From positions 28,024-92,023 of the forward strand of contig CAYPBQ010000001.1 of the NCBI GenBank assembly GCA_964409035.1: a DNA stretch of 64,000 bases, written 5' to 3'. The position numbers were made by a program, and so were the translations under genes. Origin of the DNA: an uncultured Candidatus Saccharibacteria bacterium (GTDB lineage Bacteria; Patescibacteriota; Minisyncoccia; Phycocordibacterales; UBA12088). Each line of letters starts with the position of its first letter. Position 1 is the stretch's first letter. This document shows, piece by piece, positions 29,550-39,330 of this stretch. The notes under the pieces were generated by a model. The model was not told the origin of the DNA. It was given only the letters and a program-made list of their open reading frames with translations, and did not search any database.

Positions 29550-30455
29550 ATGGGCACTATACTGCCCATAGACTACAATATGGATATGGGAGAGATGTAC
29601 ACCATTAGCACAAAAAACATATTTCCACTCCTTAGCCATATTTCTAATGCACCCGAGAAGCTTTATGCGATAGGAAGCCTCCCCACTCTCCAATATAGCT
29701 ATATATGCGTGATAGGAACTCGATCGCCAACACCATATGGAAGGATGGCAGTCGAGAGATTGTTGCATGGCCTTGTCGGCTACCCAATATGTATAGTCTC
29801 TGGCCTTGCGCTTGGAATCGATGCCGTAGCGCATGAATGCGCCCTCAAAGAAGGACTCTTTACCATTGCAGTCCCCGGCTCTGGGTTAAATCGAGATGTA
29901 ATATACCCCAGAAGACACGCACACCTTGCAGCACGCATCGCAGCTGAAGGCGGTCTACTCCTATCGGAATTTGAGCCGGATTTCAGCGCACAGATGTGGA
30001 GCTTCCCTAAACGTAATCGCATCATGGCAGGACTCTCCCACGCAACACTTATAATAGAGGCGACAGAGAAATCAGGTACGCTCATCACCGCCCGATTAGC
30101 CCTAGAGTACGGTAGAGAAGTGCTTGCTGTTCCTGGTTCAATTTTTTCGGCTACTTCTGCATTGCCGCACGCGCTTATACGAGATGGTGCAACACCGATT
30201 AGAACATCAGAGGACATTTTAGAGTCATTAGGCATCACACCCAAGAACGAAACTAGTGACATGACAGTGATTCTCTCAGCGCCCGAGCGTGCGGTAGTGT
30301 CTATTCTTGTTAAAGAGCCTAAGGAAAGAGACGAATTGTTGCGCGAATTGCGCATGCCGCCACATGAGGCAATAGCACTTTTTAGTGCAATGGAGCTTCG
30401 TGGGTTACTATTTGAGCAAGGCGGCCTATTGTATACAAATATCAAACAATCTTAA
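29550..30455 (+). CDS. dprA: DNA processing protein DprA
   Basis: GTRSPTPYG...GLALGIDAVAHE...GSGLN...EFEP...NRIMAGLS...TEKSGTLITA. Confidence 0.85.
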   Translation: MGTILPIDYNMDMGEMYTISTKNIFPLLSHISNAPEKLYAIGSLPTLQYSYICVIGTRSPTPYGRMAVERLLHGLVGYPICIVSGLALGIDAVAHECALKEGLFTIAVPGSGLNRDVIYPRRHAHLAARIAAEGGLLLSEFEPDFSAQMWSFPKRNRIMAGLSHATLIIEATEKSGTLITARLALEYGREVLAVPGSIFSATSALPHALIRDGATPIRTSEDILESLGITPKNETSDMTVILSAPERAVVSILVKEPKERDELLRELRMPPHEAIALFSAMELRGLLFEQGGLLYTNIKQS

Positions 30456-30589
30456 TGATGACACGCATCCACACTCTTCATTTGCTGATAGATAGACAAG
30501 TTATGCACAAATGTGGCATTTGCACTCTTTAAGGTGCTGTGGTATTGATTGCCCTGCAATAGTGCATATTCAAAAAACAATCATATAAC

Positions 30590-32950
30590 ATGAAATTAAT
30601 TATTGTTGAGTCGCCCGCAAAGGCAAAGACAATTTCAAAATACGTATCTGCCATGCCAGAATTTAAAGATGAGCGAGTAGAAGTACGCGCATCAATTGGG
30701 CATGTTCGTGACCTTCCAAAGAGCAATAAGCATGCTATTGACATTGAGGCTGGATTTGTTCCCCACTACGAGATAGCAAAGGGAAAAGATAAGGTGATAG
30801 CCGACCTCTCAGCTCTCTCTAAAAAAGCAGACGGTATCATACTTGCTACCGACCCCGACAGAGAGGGCGAAGCAATTGCCTGGCATTTATATGAAGCACT
30901 ATCGCTTCCCGCCTCAAAAACCAAACGAGTAACTTTTAATGAAATTACTAAAGAGGCAATTCAAGAAGCGATACGATCACCCCGCGATATAGATCAAAAC
31001 CTCCGCAAGGCCCAAGAAGCACGAAGAGTGCTTGATAGACTTGTGGGGTATGATCTCTCTGGCCTTATTTGGAAGAAGGTTCGCTATGGACTATCCGCAG
31101 GAAGAGTACAATCACCTGCGCTACGCATCATTATGGAGCGCGAGCGTGAGATACGTGCCTTTATACCTGAAGACTACTTTGTGCTTGAGGCAATACTAAA
31201 GGCTAACGGTGGTTCAGAATTTACCGCCACCTGCTCAGTAGAACCAAAAACAGCAGCCGAGGCAGATGACATAATCACCAAAGGAACTAAAGGCGCTTGG
31301 CATGTAAAAGAAATAAAAGAAACAGATGCTGCTCGAGCACCTAAACCTCCCTTTACCACATCAACATTGCAACAAGTAGCAAGTACTCGCCTAGGATTTT
31401 CTCCAAGCCGAACTATGGGCGCCGCGCAAAAACTGTATGAAGCTGGACATATTACCTACATGCGTACCGACTCGCCTGCGCTATCGTCGCAAGCCCGAAA
31501 CGCAATTGGCGAATACATCAATAATGCATTTGGAAAAAAGTACCACACACACAGAGAGTACAGCGCCAAGTCAAAAAATGCACAGGAGGCGCATGAAGCA
31601 GTACGCCCCACTACCATATCCGTACGAAACGCAGGTGACAATGAAGATCAAACACGTTTATATGATCTTATATGGAAGCGTACAGTTGCTTCGCAAATGA
31701 CTGATGCGCTCATGAAGAAGACGCGTCTTGCGGTTACTATCACCGATGAAGCTATTCCTGATTTTGTCGTGAATGGTTCTAGAATTCTTTTTGATGGATG
31801 GATGCAGGTTGATCCCGCCGCTAGGACAGAGGAGGTAGAAATACCACCAGTAAAAGAAGGTGAGTCTCTCTCACTTATTGATATACATAAGGAAGCAAAG
31901 CAAACACAACCACCCGGCCGCTACTCAGAAGCAGGGCTTATAAAGGAGCTTGAAAAAAGGGGTATTGGGAGACCATCTACCTATGCCTCTATTATAAAGA
32001 CACTTGGTGACAGAGGGTATGTCGAGAAGCAAGGACGCACGCTCATGCCTACCATTACCGGTGATGTGGTGTCCTCATTTTTGGAAACTCACTTCCCTAC
32101 ATATATCAGTGACACCTTTACCGCAGAGATGGAAGACGAGCTGGATGATATTGCAGATGGAAAGCGCTCGTACGAAAAAACTCTCAAGGATTTTTATACT
32201 CCCTTTACCAAAGAGGTAGAGTCAAAGGCTGACATAGAAAAACAAACATCTCTAGGTAAGGCTCCTGAAGAATTTGTATGCCCCAAGTGTGGAGCCGCAA
32301 TGGAGTATAAGCTTTCAAAAAATGGCACATTTATGAGTTGTGTGAAATTTCCTGAGTGTGACGGCGCACGCACACAAGAAGGAAAAGAAATAACACTTAA
32401 TGAGCCAATAGGTATATACCCAGAGACTGGCGAACCTATCTATCTCATGGATGGAAGATTTGGCGCATATGTACAAGTAGGTGATGGCGCTAAAAAGGAG
32501 GGTAAGAAAAAGACAAAGCCAAAGCGCGCAAGTGTACCAGCTGATTACGATCTTGCATCTATCACACTCAAAGACGCATTAAAATTTTTGAGCTTGCCAC
32601 GAGTATTAGGAAACCATCCTGAAACCGGCGAGGCAATTTCTGCTAGTGTTGGCAAGTTTGGGCCATTCATAGTTCATCAAAGTGATTTTAGATCTCTCAA
32701 GGAAGATGATGTGTATACTATTGAGCTTCCGCGCGCGCTTGAGATACTGAGCGAACCTAAGCAAAGGCGAGGTGCAAAGGTTGCAAGAGAGATTGGTGCG
32801 CATCCAAAGACCGGTAAACAGATAAAGGTATTCACATCAAAGCAAGGGTACTTTCTCAAACGTGGATTTACAAATGTATACCTACCTAAAGAAATAGATA
32901 TAGAGGCACTCTCGGTGGAACAAGCACTTGAATACCTAAAGAAAAAGTAG
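30590..32950 (+). CDS. topA: DNA topoisomerase I
   Basis: A Toprim domain MKLIIVESPAKAKTI, an active-site Tyr region, C-terminal Zn-ribbons (CPKCG) and a Lys-rich tail. Confidence 0.9.
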   Translation: MKLIIVESPAKAKTISKYVSAMPEFKDERVEVRASIGHVRDLPKSNKHAIDIEAGFVPHYEIAKGKDKVIADLSALSKKADGIILATDPDREGEAIAWHLYEALSLPASKTKRVTFNEITKEAIQEAIRSPRDIDQNLRKAQEARRVLDRLVGYDLSGLIWKKVRYGLSAGRVQSPALRIIMEREREIRAFIPEDYFVLEAILKANGGSEFTATCSVEPKTAAEADDIITKGTKGAWHVKEIKETDAARAPKPPFTTSTLQQVASTRLGFSPSRTMGAAQKLYEAGHITYMRTDSPALSSQARNAIGEYINNAFGKKYHTHREYSAKSKNAQEAHEAVRPTTISVRNAGDNEDQTRLYDLIWKRTVASQMTDALMKKTRLAVTITDEAIPDFVVNGSRILFDGWMQVDPAARTEEVEIPPVKEGESLSLIDIHKEAKQTQPPGRYSEAGLIKELEKRGIGRPSTYASIIKTLGDRGYVEKQGRTLMPTITGDVVSSFLETHFPTYISDTFTAEMEDELDDIADGKRSYEKTLKDFYTPFTKEVESKADIEKQTSLGKAPEEFVCPKCGAAMEYKLSKNGTFMSCVKFPECDGARTQEGKEITLNEPIGIYPETGEPIYLMDGRFGAYVQVGDGAKKEGKKKTKPKRASVPADYDLASITLKDALKFLSLPRVLGNHPETGEAISASVGKFGPFIVHQSDFRSLKEDDVYTIELPRALEILSEPKQRRGAKVAREIGAHPKTGKQIKVFTSKQGYFLKRGFTNVYLPKEIDIEALSVEQALEYLKKK

Positions 32951-33202
32951 AAACACCCAAGACTTGCTCGGGTGCTCCCCCTGTAATTGGGGCTATTTAT
33001 TTTTTCTCCTTTCAACTTCGCGTAGCCTTCTTCTTGCGTCTCTTTCTCTTATTTTCTTTAGCATTCTAGGACAAGATAACCTATTTGGATCAAGGTGAGT
33101 TTCTCCACATATCGGACATTTAAATCTTGGGTTTGGATGCAAATTGTCCCCCAACACACTTCCTCCCATTGCCTTTACCGCACAAGACTATACAATCTTT
33201 AT

Positions 33203-34726
33203 ATGGAAATGCAATCATCTAAAGAGCTTACCGCCCTCATGCACTCCCCCAGCAAGGAGGATGTTGCCTTGGTTGAAAAGGCGTATGCCTTTGCCGTGCA
33301 TGCGCACAAAGACCACAAGCGCCTAAGTGGTGAACCGTATTTTATCCACACCTATGCCACCGCAAAGAAACTCGCAGAGATAGGTATGGGCGCACAAACA
33401 ATCGCCGCAGGACTGCTCCACGACACCATTGAGGATGTGGGAGTTTCTCCCGAGGATATTCGGCGTGAATTTGGTGATGAAATACTTTTTCTTGTAGATG
33501 GAGTTACAAAACTAGGAAAGCTACGATACCAAGGGCTAGAGCGGCATGTCGAGTCCCTACGTAAATTGTTTGTGGCGACAAGTCAGGACGTGCGCATACT
33601 CATCATTCGCCTCATGGATAGACTTCACAATCTTGAGACACTTGAGCATGTACGTGAAGATAAGCGCAAACGTATCGCACTTGAAACACTAGAGATTTAT
33701 GCCCCGATTGCAGATAGGCTTGGTATGGGGTCACTCAAGCGTTCACTGGAAGATCTTTCGTTTGCCTACGTATATCCAGATGATTACAAAATGATTAGCG
33801 AGTTAATTAAGGATAAAGAGAAAAAAATGGAGATGGCACTGAGTGAAGTACAGTACACGCTCAAGCGCGAGCTCGCTAAGTCGGGACTTCGTGATTTTCA
33901 TACCAGCACTCGCATTAAAGGTTTATATAGTCTGTGGAGAAAACTTGCCAGAAAAGATAACGACATAGAGAAAATTTTTGATATTGCGGCGATACGCGTA
34001 GTAGTAACATCAATAGATGATTGTTATCGAGCGCTTGGCATAGTGCACGCACAGTGGAGACCACTTTTAGGAAGAATCAAAGATTTCATAGCCGTTCCTA
34101 AGCCTAACGGCTATCAATCACTACATACCACGATTTTTGCAGGTGATGGCTCTATAATTGAGGTGCAGATTCGTACAAAAGCGATGCAGCAGGAATCTGA
34201 GTGGGGTATTGCAAACCATCTTTCATACAAAGAGCAGGGTGTAAGAGAGGGGCGGTTTTTGTGGGTGTGGCAAATGCTTCCAGGATTTGGAAAAAGGAAG
34301 CCAGCAACGCAAACCGACACCACCAAGTCTAATAATGAAATTCCGGAGTGGATAGAAGAGATTGCGCATGCGCAGCGTTCAGTTCTTGAGGGGGAAGAAT
34401 TTCTTGATGAGCTAAAGGGTGACTTCTTTAGTCACAGAGTGTTTGTGTTTACCCCAAAGGGTGACGTGATTGATTTGCCAATTGATTCTAGTCCTGTGGA
34501 CTTTGCATATACCATTCATTCAGATATTGGCGACCACCTTTCGGGAGCAAAGGTAAACGGCAAACTCGTCTCTCTTGATACAAAATTAAAAAATGGCGAC
34601 ATAGTTGAAATAGAAACAAAAAAATCAAACAAGCCATCAAAGAAGTGGCTTGAGCACGCAAAAACATCAATTGCAAAGCGTCACATACGAAATGCACTGG
34701 GTCTTTCACCAAGCACTAAAAAATAA
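33203..34726 (+). CDS. RelA/SpoT-homolog (p)ppGpp synthetase/hydrolase; HD + synthetase + TGS domains, no ACT domain
   Basis: HD motif HTYATAKKLAEIG...HDTIED, synthetase RIKGLYSLWRK...AAIRVVV, and TGS VFTPKGDVIDLP. Start chosen at MEMQ; an upstream start at 33095 is possible. Confidence 0.85.
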   Translation: MEMQSSKELTALMHSPSKEDVALVEKAYAFAVHAHKDHKRLSGEPYFIHTYATAKKLAEIGMGAQTIAAGLLHDTIEDVGVSPEDIRREFGDEILFLVDGVTKLGKLRYQGLERHVESLRKLFVATSQDVRILIIRLMDRLHNLETLEHVREDKRKRIALETLEIYAPIADRLGMGSLKRSLEDLSFAYVYPDDYKMISELIKDKEKKMEMALSEVQYTLKRELAKSGLRDFHTSTRIKGLYSLWRKLARKDNDIEKIFDIAAIRVVVTSIDDCYRALGIVHAQWRPLLGRIKDFIAVPKPNGYQSLHTTIFAGDGSIIEVQIRTKAMQQESEWGIANHLSYKEQGVREGRFLWVWQMLPGFGKRKPATQTDTTKSNNEIPEWIEEIAHAQRSVLEGEEFLDELKGDFFSHRVFVFTPKGDVIDLPIDSSPVDFAYTIHSDIGDHLSGAKVNGKLVSLDTKLKNGDIVEIETKKSNKPSKKWLEHAKTSIAKRHIRNALGLSPSTKK

Positions 34727-34729
34727 TTG

Positions 34730-35719
34730 TTATATAGAGAAATTCCGCACAGAATAGAGCTCGCTCTCCTCCTCTTCCTTCTTTGGCATATCATCAGCAT
34801 ATATTGATGCCTCTTCTGGAGCTGGCTCAATACCTGAAGCTTCTGCAAGAGTCATAACAGACGAGTCTTGTGCTCCCAAAAAGTGCTGCAGTCGATCTAG
34901 AATACTTTTGATATCATTTGTATCATAAAAGTCGATAGTGACTTTTCCTCCTTGATCTTTTGGTTGAATAGTTACTCTTGTGCCCAGTGTCTCGGTAAGG
35001 GTTCGCTCAAGCTCAAGCATGTCAGGAGGAAGTGGCTTTTTTCGAGCTCTGTCTTCTGCTATACGCCTTGCGATACCCTCTGCCTCGCGTACGGTAAGTC
35101 GCTTGAGTAGCATTTCCTTATACAAAGTACGCTGCTCCTCAGGTCTATCAACCAACATCATAAGCGGCCGAGTGAGCCCCTCAGTTATCTCACCTTTTGC
35201 AAGGCTATCAAGCATATCCTGCGGAAGCATAAGCATACGTATCGTATTTGACACATATTCCCTACTCTTGCCCAGCTTCTTGCCTATCTCTGTATGTTTG
35301 TACCCATAGGTATCTACAAGCTGCTTAAAGGCGAGCGCCCTATCAACTGCATTGAGATCTTCTCGATGCAAGTTTTCAATGATTGCAAGCTCGAGCTTCA
35401 TCTTATCGCTCTGCTCTCCTGCTCGGATAATAACCGGCAACAATGTTAGACCCGCAAGTTTAGACGCGCGTAATCTGCGCTCACCTGCTATTAGTTCGTA
35501 TTCAACTGATAAGCCAACATCAGGGCGTTCAATTTCTTTTCTGGTAACTACAAGTGGTTGAAGCAAGCCATACTGTCTAATGGAGTCTGCAAGCTCTCGC
35601 ATTTTTGCTTCATCAAACTCCTTTCGAGGTTGAAATGGATTTGGCTTTATCTTGTCTAATTCAACCCAAAATATTGATTCGTAGTACTGCCTATCTGATT
35701 TTGCTTCTTGTGCGCTCAT
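34730..35719 (-). CDS. parB: ParB/Spo0J chromosome partitioning protein
   Basis: ParB box GERRLRA, an HTH region, and an acidic C-terminus. Confidence 0.85.
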   Translation of the reverse strand: MSAQEAKSDRQYYESIFWVELDKIKPNPFQPRKEFDEAKMRELADSIRQYGLLQPLVVTRKEIERPDVGLSVEYELIAGERRLRASKLAGLTLLPVIIRAGEQSDKMKLELAIIENLHREDLNAVDRALAFKQLVDTYGYKHTEIGKKLGKSREYVSNTIRMLMLPQDMLDSLAKGEITEGLTRPLMMLVDRPEEQRTLYKEMLLKRLTVREAEGIARRIAEDRARKKPLPPDMLELERTLTETLGTRVTIQPKDQGGKVTIDFYDTNDIKSILDRLQHFLGAQDSSVMTLAEASGIEPAPEEASIYADDMPKKEEEESELYSVRNFSI

Positions 35720-35784
35720 GCAAAACAGTATAGCAAAGATTGTTATAGTGGAAAAATTCCTGAAAAACGATATAGTTTGTCCAT

Positions 35785-35870
35785 GCTGGGGTGGCGGAAT
35801 GGTAGACGCGATTGACTCAAAATCAATTGCCCGAAAGGGTGTGAGGGTTCAAGTCCCTCCTCCAGCACCA
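35785..35870 (+). tRNA. tRNA-Leu (anticodon CAA), type II with a long variable arm, CCA encoded
   Basis: Hand-folded: acceptor GCTGGGG/CTCCAGC, anticodon stem ATTGA/TCAAT with loop CTCAAAA, variable arm TGCCCGAAAGGGTGTG, T-arm GAGGG-TTCAAGT-CCCTC. Confidence 0.85.
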
Positions 35871-36041
35871 TGAACAAAGGAGTCAGAAGCAAAGCTTTTG
35901 ACGACTATTGTGAATTGCTGGAGGAGTTGTACCACAGGGGCATTTCCATTTTACTAACTCACTTCGTTCATAAGTAAAATTGGTCAAAGGCGTAGGCGGT
36001 TTACGATTTTGCGAAATGTAATGAAGCAAAATTGTCGCCGA

Positions 36042-36106
36042 GCCGGAGTCGAGAGTGCTTAGTAGTTTAGAATGTAATGAATAAACTACTTAGCAACTCG
36101 TGACCA
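36042..36106 (+). repeat. copy 1 of a ~60-bp imperfect-palindrome repeat family (gtcgagagtgcttagtagttt...aaactacttagcaactcgtgacca)
   Basis: Related copies lie at 48927-48985 (same orientation) and 40936-40996 (inverted). Confidence 0.6.
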
Positions 36107-36120
36107 AGTCCCCCAAGCAC

Positions 36121-36432
36121 TCAATCATTTTTTAGTTTTTTTGCAGTTTCTTCTCGAGCCAAGCGCTGAGACAGATCTGTAAGTTCCTTTTGTGCCTGGA
36201 TTGCTTTTCTTTTGAAATCCTCTATTTGTGTCTTTAGTGTTTCTGCTTCTTGCTCTTTGCGCTCAAGTATTCTTTTCATTCTTTCAATTTCTCCTTCTCT
36301 TCTTTTTATTTCTTCCTCTTCCTTTTTTATATCAGCTTGCTTTTTACTTAGCTCTGAGTTTAGTCTGTCTTCCTGTTTTTCAAGATTTTCTATCTCTCTT
36401 TCTATCTGTTGAATTGATTGTTCTATTGCCAT
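36121..36432 (-). CDS. coiled-coil protein, hypothetical
   Basis: 103 aa, rich in E/K/R heptad repeats. Confidence 0.4.
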   Translation of the reverse strand: MAIEQSIQQIEREIENLEKQEDRLNSELSKKQADIKKEEEEIKRREGEIERMKRILERKEQEAETLKTQIEDFKRKAIQAQKELTDLSQRLAREETAKKLKND

Positions 36433-36509
36433 ACATGGATATTACTTATATGGGTATTCCGTGATTACAGTATACAAGCATTGTCTAAGAAGAAAAGTAT
36501 GAAATACTC

Positions 36510-37409
36510 ATGTCAATGAGAAAGCAAAAAGTAATTGTAATAGTTGGCCCAACCGCATCAGGCAAAAGCGACCTCGCCATTGCGCTTGCTAAAGAGCTAC
36601 ACGGGGAGGTTATATCAGCTGATTCTCGGCAGGTATATAAGGGATTTGATACCACAACCGCAAAGGTCACCCAAGAGGAAATGCTGGGTATTCCACACCA
36701 TCTACTTGATATTGTTGATGTAGAAAGAGAGTATACCGTGGCGGACTTTAAAAAGGATGCTGCAATATCAATTGAAGCCATAGCCACAAATGGAGCGATT
36801 CCAATTATTGCTGGTGGCACAGGATTTTATATCGATGCTCTTATATATGGACAGTCCTTACCCGAGGTACCTCCAAATAAAGATCTCCGCTCATCGCTCA
36901 GCAAAAAAGATGCAGAAAGTCTCTTTGAGATTCTACTAGTAAAGGACCCACATAGAGCAGCTACGATTGAAAGGCAGAATAAACAACGCCTCATCAGAGC
37001 ATTAGAAATTGTAGAGGCACTTGGATCAGTACCGCCAGCAATACACGCCACTCACACACCCTATGACGCGCTATGGGTAGGGATACTGTGGCAACGAGAG
37101 GATTTGATAAAACGCATCCACGAAAGAGTACTGCGTAGAATAGATAGCATAATCACAGAAGTTAGCGAACAAAAAGACCGCCTCACACCTGCTATTGCTG
37201 CTCGACTTGGATTTGATTTTACCCTCACCCTTTCACATATAGAAGGCAAAATGTCAAAGAGCGCCCTCATTGATGCCCTCACTCAAAAAGATGCAGCATA
37301 TGCTCGCAGACAAATGACGTGGTTCAAGCGAAATAAAGATATCACGTGGCTATCACCTGAAACACTTCCTATCTCAGCAATTGATCTTGCAAAACAATTT
37401 CTAGTATAG
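36510..37409 (+). CDS. miaA: tRNA dimethylallyltransferase
   Basis: P-loop VIVIVGPTASGKSDLAI, and SADSRQVYKG. Confidence 0.85.
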   Translation: MSMRKQKVIVIVGPTASGKSDLAIALAKELHGEVISADSRQVYKGFDTTTAKVTQEEMLGIPHHLLDIVDVEREYTVADFKKDAAISIEAIATNGAIPIIAGGTGFYIDALIYGQSLPEVPPNKDLRSSLSKKDAESLFEILLVKDPHRAATIERQNKQRLIRALEIVEALGSVPPAIHATHTPYDALWVGILWQREDLIKRIHERVLRRIDSIITEVSEQKDRLTPAIAARLGFDFTLTLSHIEGKMSKSALIDALTQKDAAYARRQMTWFKRNKDITWLSPETLPISAIDLAKQFLV

Positions 37410-37439
37410 GCCTGTATCTCACTCGCTAAGCGCTCGTTG

Positions 37440-37510
37440 CGGGCCCACTCCGACTCGAACGGAGGACGCTGGTTTTGGAGACCAGAATTTTACCTCTAAA
37501 CTATAGGCCC
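37440..37510 (-). tRNA. tRNA-Trp (anticodon CCA)
   Basis: Hand-folded: acceptor GGGCCTA/TGGGCCC, anticodon stem CTGGT/ACCAG with loop CTCCAAA, T-arm CTCCG-TTCGAGT-CGGAG. Confidence 0.85.
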
Positions 37511-37540
37511 ATTATTATTTATATTGCTCAGGAGGCGTAG

Positions 37541-37563
37541 AAAAGCGCCCATGAGGCGCTTTT
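37541..37563 (-). terminator. hairpin aaaagcgcc-c-atgag-gcgctttt downstream of rpmG
   Basis: Read from the sequence. Adenines and thymines flank it on both sides, so it may act bidirectionally. Confidence 0.45.
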
Positions 37564-37575
37564 CATACTACCCTA

Positions 37576-37728
37576 TTATTTAGCTTCTTTAAAGACTACG
37601 TGCTTTCTGAGCTTTGCTGAATACTTTTTGAGCTCAATTTTTCGAGCAACTTTCTTCTTATTTTTGCGGGTATAGTATGTCTCACCCGTTTCTTTATTTT
37701 TGATTTTAATCAATCTTTCATTGGCCAT
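37576..37728 (-). CDS. rpmG: 50S ribosomal protein L33 (cysteine-less C- form)
   Basis: Hand translation MANERLIKIKNKETGETYYTRKNKKKVARKIELKKYSAKLRKHVVFKEAK (50 aa). Below the ORF-track size cutoff. Confidence 0.7.
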   Translation of the reverse strand: MANERLIKIKNKETGETYYTRKNKKKVARKIELKKYSAKLRKHVVFKEAK

Positions 37729-37793
37729 ATTGGGAAACTATACATGGATAAATGCAATTGGTCAAACAATGTGTAGTTGGTATTTTTTAAGGA

Positions 37794-39317
37794 CTATTGT
37801 GAACATGAAGCGGTTCTCTGTTGATTACAGTAAATAGAAAAGTGCGATTTTCCTGAGCCGAGCGTGGGTACAACTCTCACATTATCTGCAGAAATATTAG
37901 TACCTGCAAGTCTTGAAGCGGCTAGCAAATTATCTTTTTCATTTTGAGTGTTAACTTCCCACTCCGCCTTCATTCCAGCACTATTTGCTGCTGTTACCAC
38001 CTTATTAATATTTTGAAGCTCTGATTGTGTATAGTAGGAATCATTGTAGGACGGATTAGTAAAATCAAAATCCGCACACGTGCCATTACTATGACATGCG
38101 TTGGCATGATTTACTGTGTCGTATGCTGATGTCATAACTAATGGCTCTGAGCCCGCAGTATCTAGATTGGTTTTGAGAGTTGATAGCTTTGTATTGTATC
38201 CAGGATCAACATAACAGCTTCCACCAGTATATGAGCATCCGCTATTTGGGTATGTAGTAGACGGCTCAAGACCAGCAGGAGGAGTATTTGCTGGTGGAGT
38301 AGGATTATTTACAACCTCACCATTAATCTTATCAATTTCAGCTCGAAGCGAATCAATTTCTCCTCTAATTTCAGTACACCGCGCATACAGCGCTTCGCCA
38401 GCCACCACATTGTTACACCCTCTCAGTGCATACTCTCTTCCAAGCTCAGCTACTCGCTCAGTGTTTGCTTTTAATAACTCATCTCTTACTGCAGTATCAT
38501 ACGATCTAGCAGCTGCATTTCTTTCTTGTTGTAGTTGATCAATTTTGTTCTGAACTTCTGCACGGCAAATATTTCTATCTGCGAGGTTTTCTGATTGACT
38601 ATTACATGCAGCGAGTTGCCTATTGAGCTCTGAAATTTGTCTATCTAGTGATGCAATCTGATTTGCGAGCTCACCTGCTCTACCTCCATTCACTACCTGA
38701 CCAGCATTAGGATTTGGAAGGAGACTGCTATTTCTTCCATCATTTTGGCAAGCAATCGCGCTCACGTCAGCAAGCGATCTTCCTGCAAGGGTGTTGAGGA
38801 CGGTATTTATTACGATCCATGCACCAAGCACCGCAACAAAGCCAAAGAGTACATTCCAAAATATTCCTTTTGCTTTAGAAATGTTTCCTGGGTTAGTGCT
38901 GGAGGTAAGGTACAAAAATCCCGCATAGGTGAACATAATGCTAGCAAGAAGTACCGATACAAGAATCAAAAAATTAATTATCCTCTGTATAGTGCGGAAA
39001 AATTCGCATGGACCACAGCTACTTGTATCGCCGACATGATACCCTCTATTACATGTTACCAATCCATTTGTATTTTCATTAGCACCAAACTGTGTGTTCA
39101 AAATAATACTTCCATCTACCTGTGCTAGTTGCGAAGAATCCTCATCTGAAGACTCAAATACACTAATTACAGAATGAAGAGAGGTTGAAAAATCAAATGA
39201 AGGCAACGTAATATTTCCACCTTCACTCTTTTCAATCACCACGCCCGCCCCTGTGAGCAGGAAAAATTGCATCACAACTGCGGCAAAAATTATTTTTACT
39301 GATGGTGATTGCTTCAT
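37794..39317 (-). CDS. secreted or membrane protein: Cys-rich N-domain + TrbC/VirB2-like two-helix module + coiled coil + C-terminal putative Zn-peptidase (M15-like, H-x6-D) domain
   Basis: Signal/TM at the N-terminus. CNRGYHVGDTSSCGPCEF. Two-helix module IMFTYAGFLYL..NISKAKGIFWNVLFGFVAVLGAWIVINTV, alignable to the 54.4-57.1 kb pilin-like genes. Coiled coil at 200-330. C-terminal motif CHSNGTCADFD. Confidence 0.55.
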   Translation of the reverse strand: MKQSPSVKIIFAAVVMQFFLLTGAGVVIEKSEGGNITLPSFDFSTSLHSVISVFESSDEDSSQLAQVDGSIILNTQFGANENTNGLVTCNRGYHVGDTSSCGPCEFFRTIQRIINFLILVSVLLASIMFTYAGFLYLTSSTNPGNISKAKGIFWNVLFGFVAVLGAWIVINTVLNTLAGRSLADVSAIACQNDGRNSSLLPNPNAGQVVNGGRAGELANQIASLDRQISELNRQLAACNSQSENLADRNICRAEVQNKIDQLQQERNAAARSYDTAVRDELLKANTERVAELGREYALRGCNNVVAGEALYARCTEIRGEIDSLRAEIDKINGEVVNNPTPPANTPPAGLEPSTTYPNSGCSYTGGSCYVDPGYNTKLSTLKTNLDTAGSEPLVMTSAYDTVNHANACHSNGTCADFDFTNPSYNDSYYTQSELQNINKVVTAANSAGMKAEWEVNTQNEKDNLLAASRLAGTNISADNVRVVPTLGSGKSHFSIYCNQQRTASCSQ

Positions 39318-39330
39318 AGGTGTGTATTGA

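Noticed and set aside
29505-29834. 109-aa minus ORF
   Set aside because: It is antisense to the well-supported dprA N-terminus and serS-dprA promoter region, and has no features of its own.
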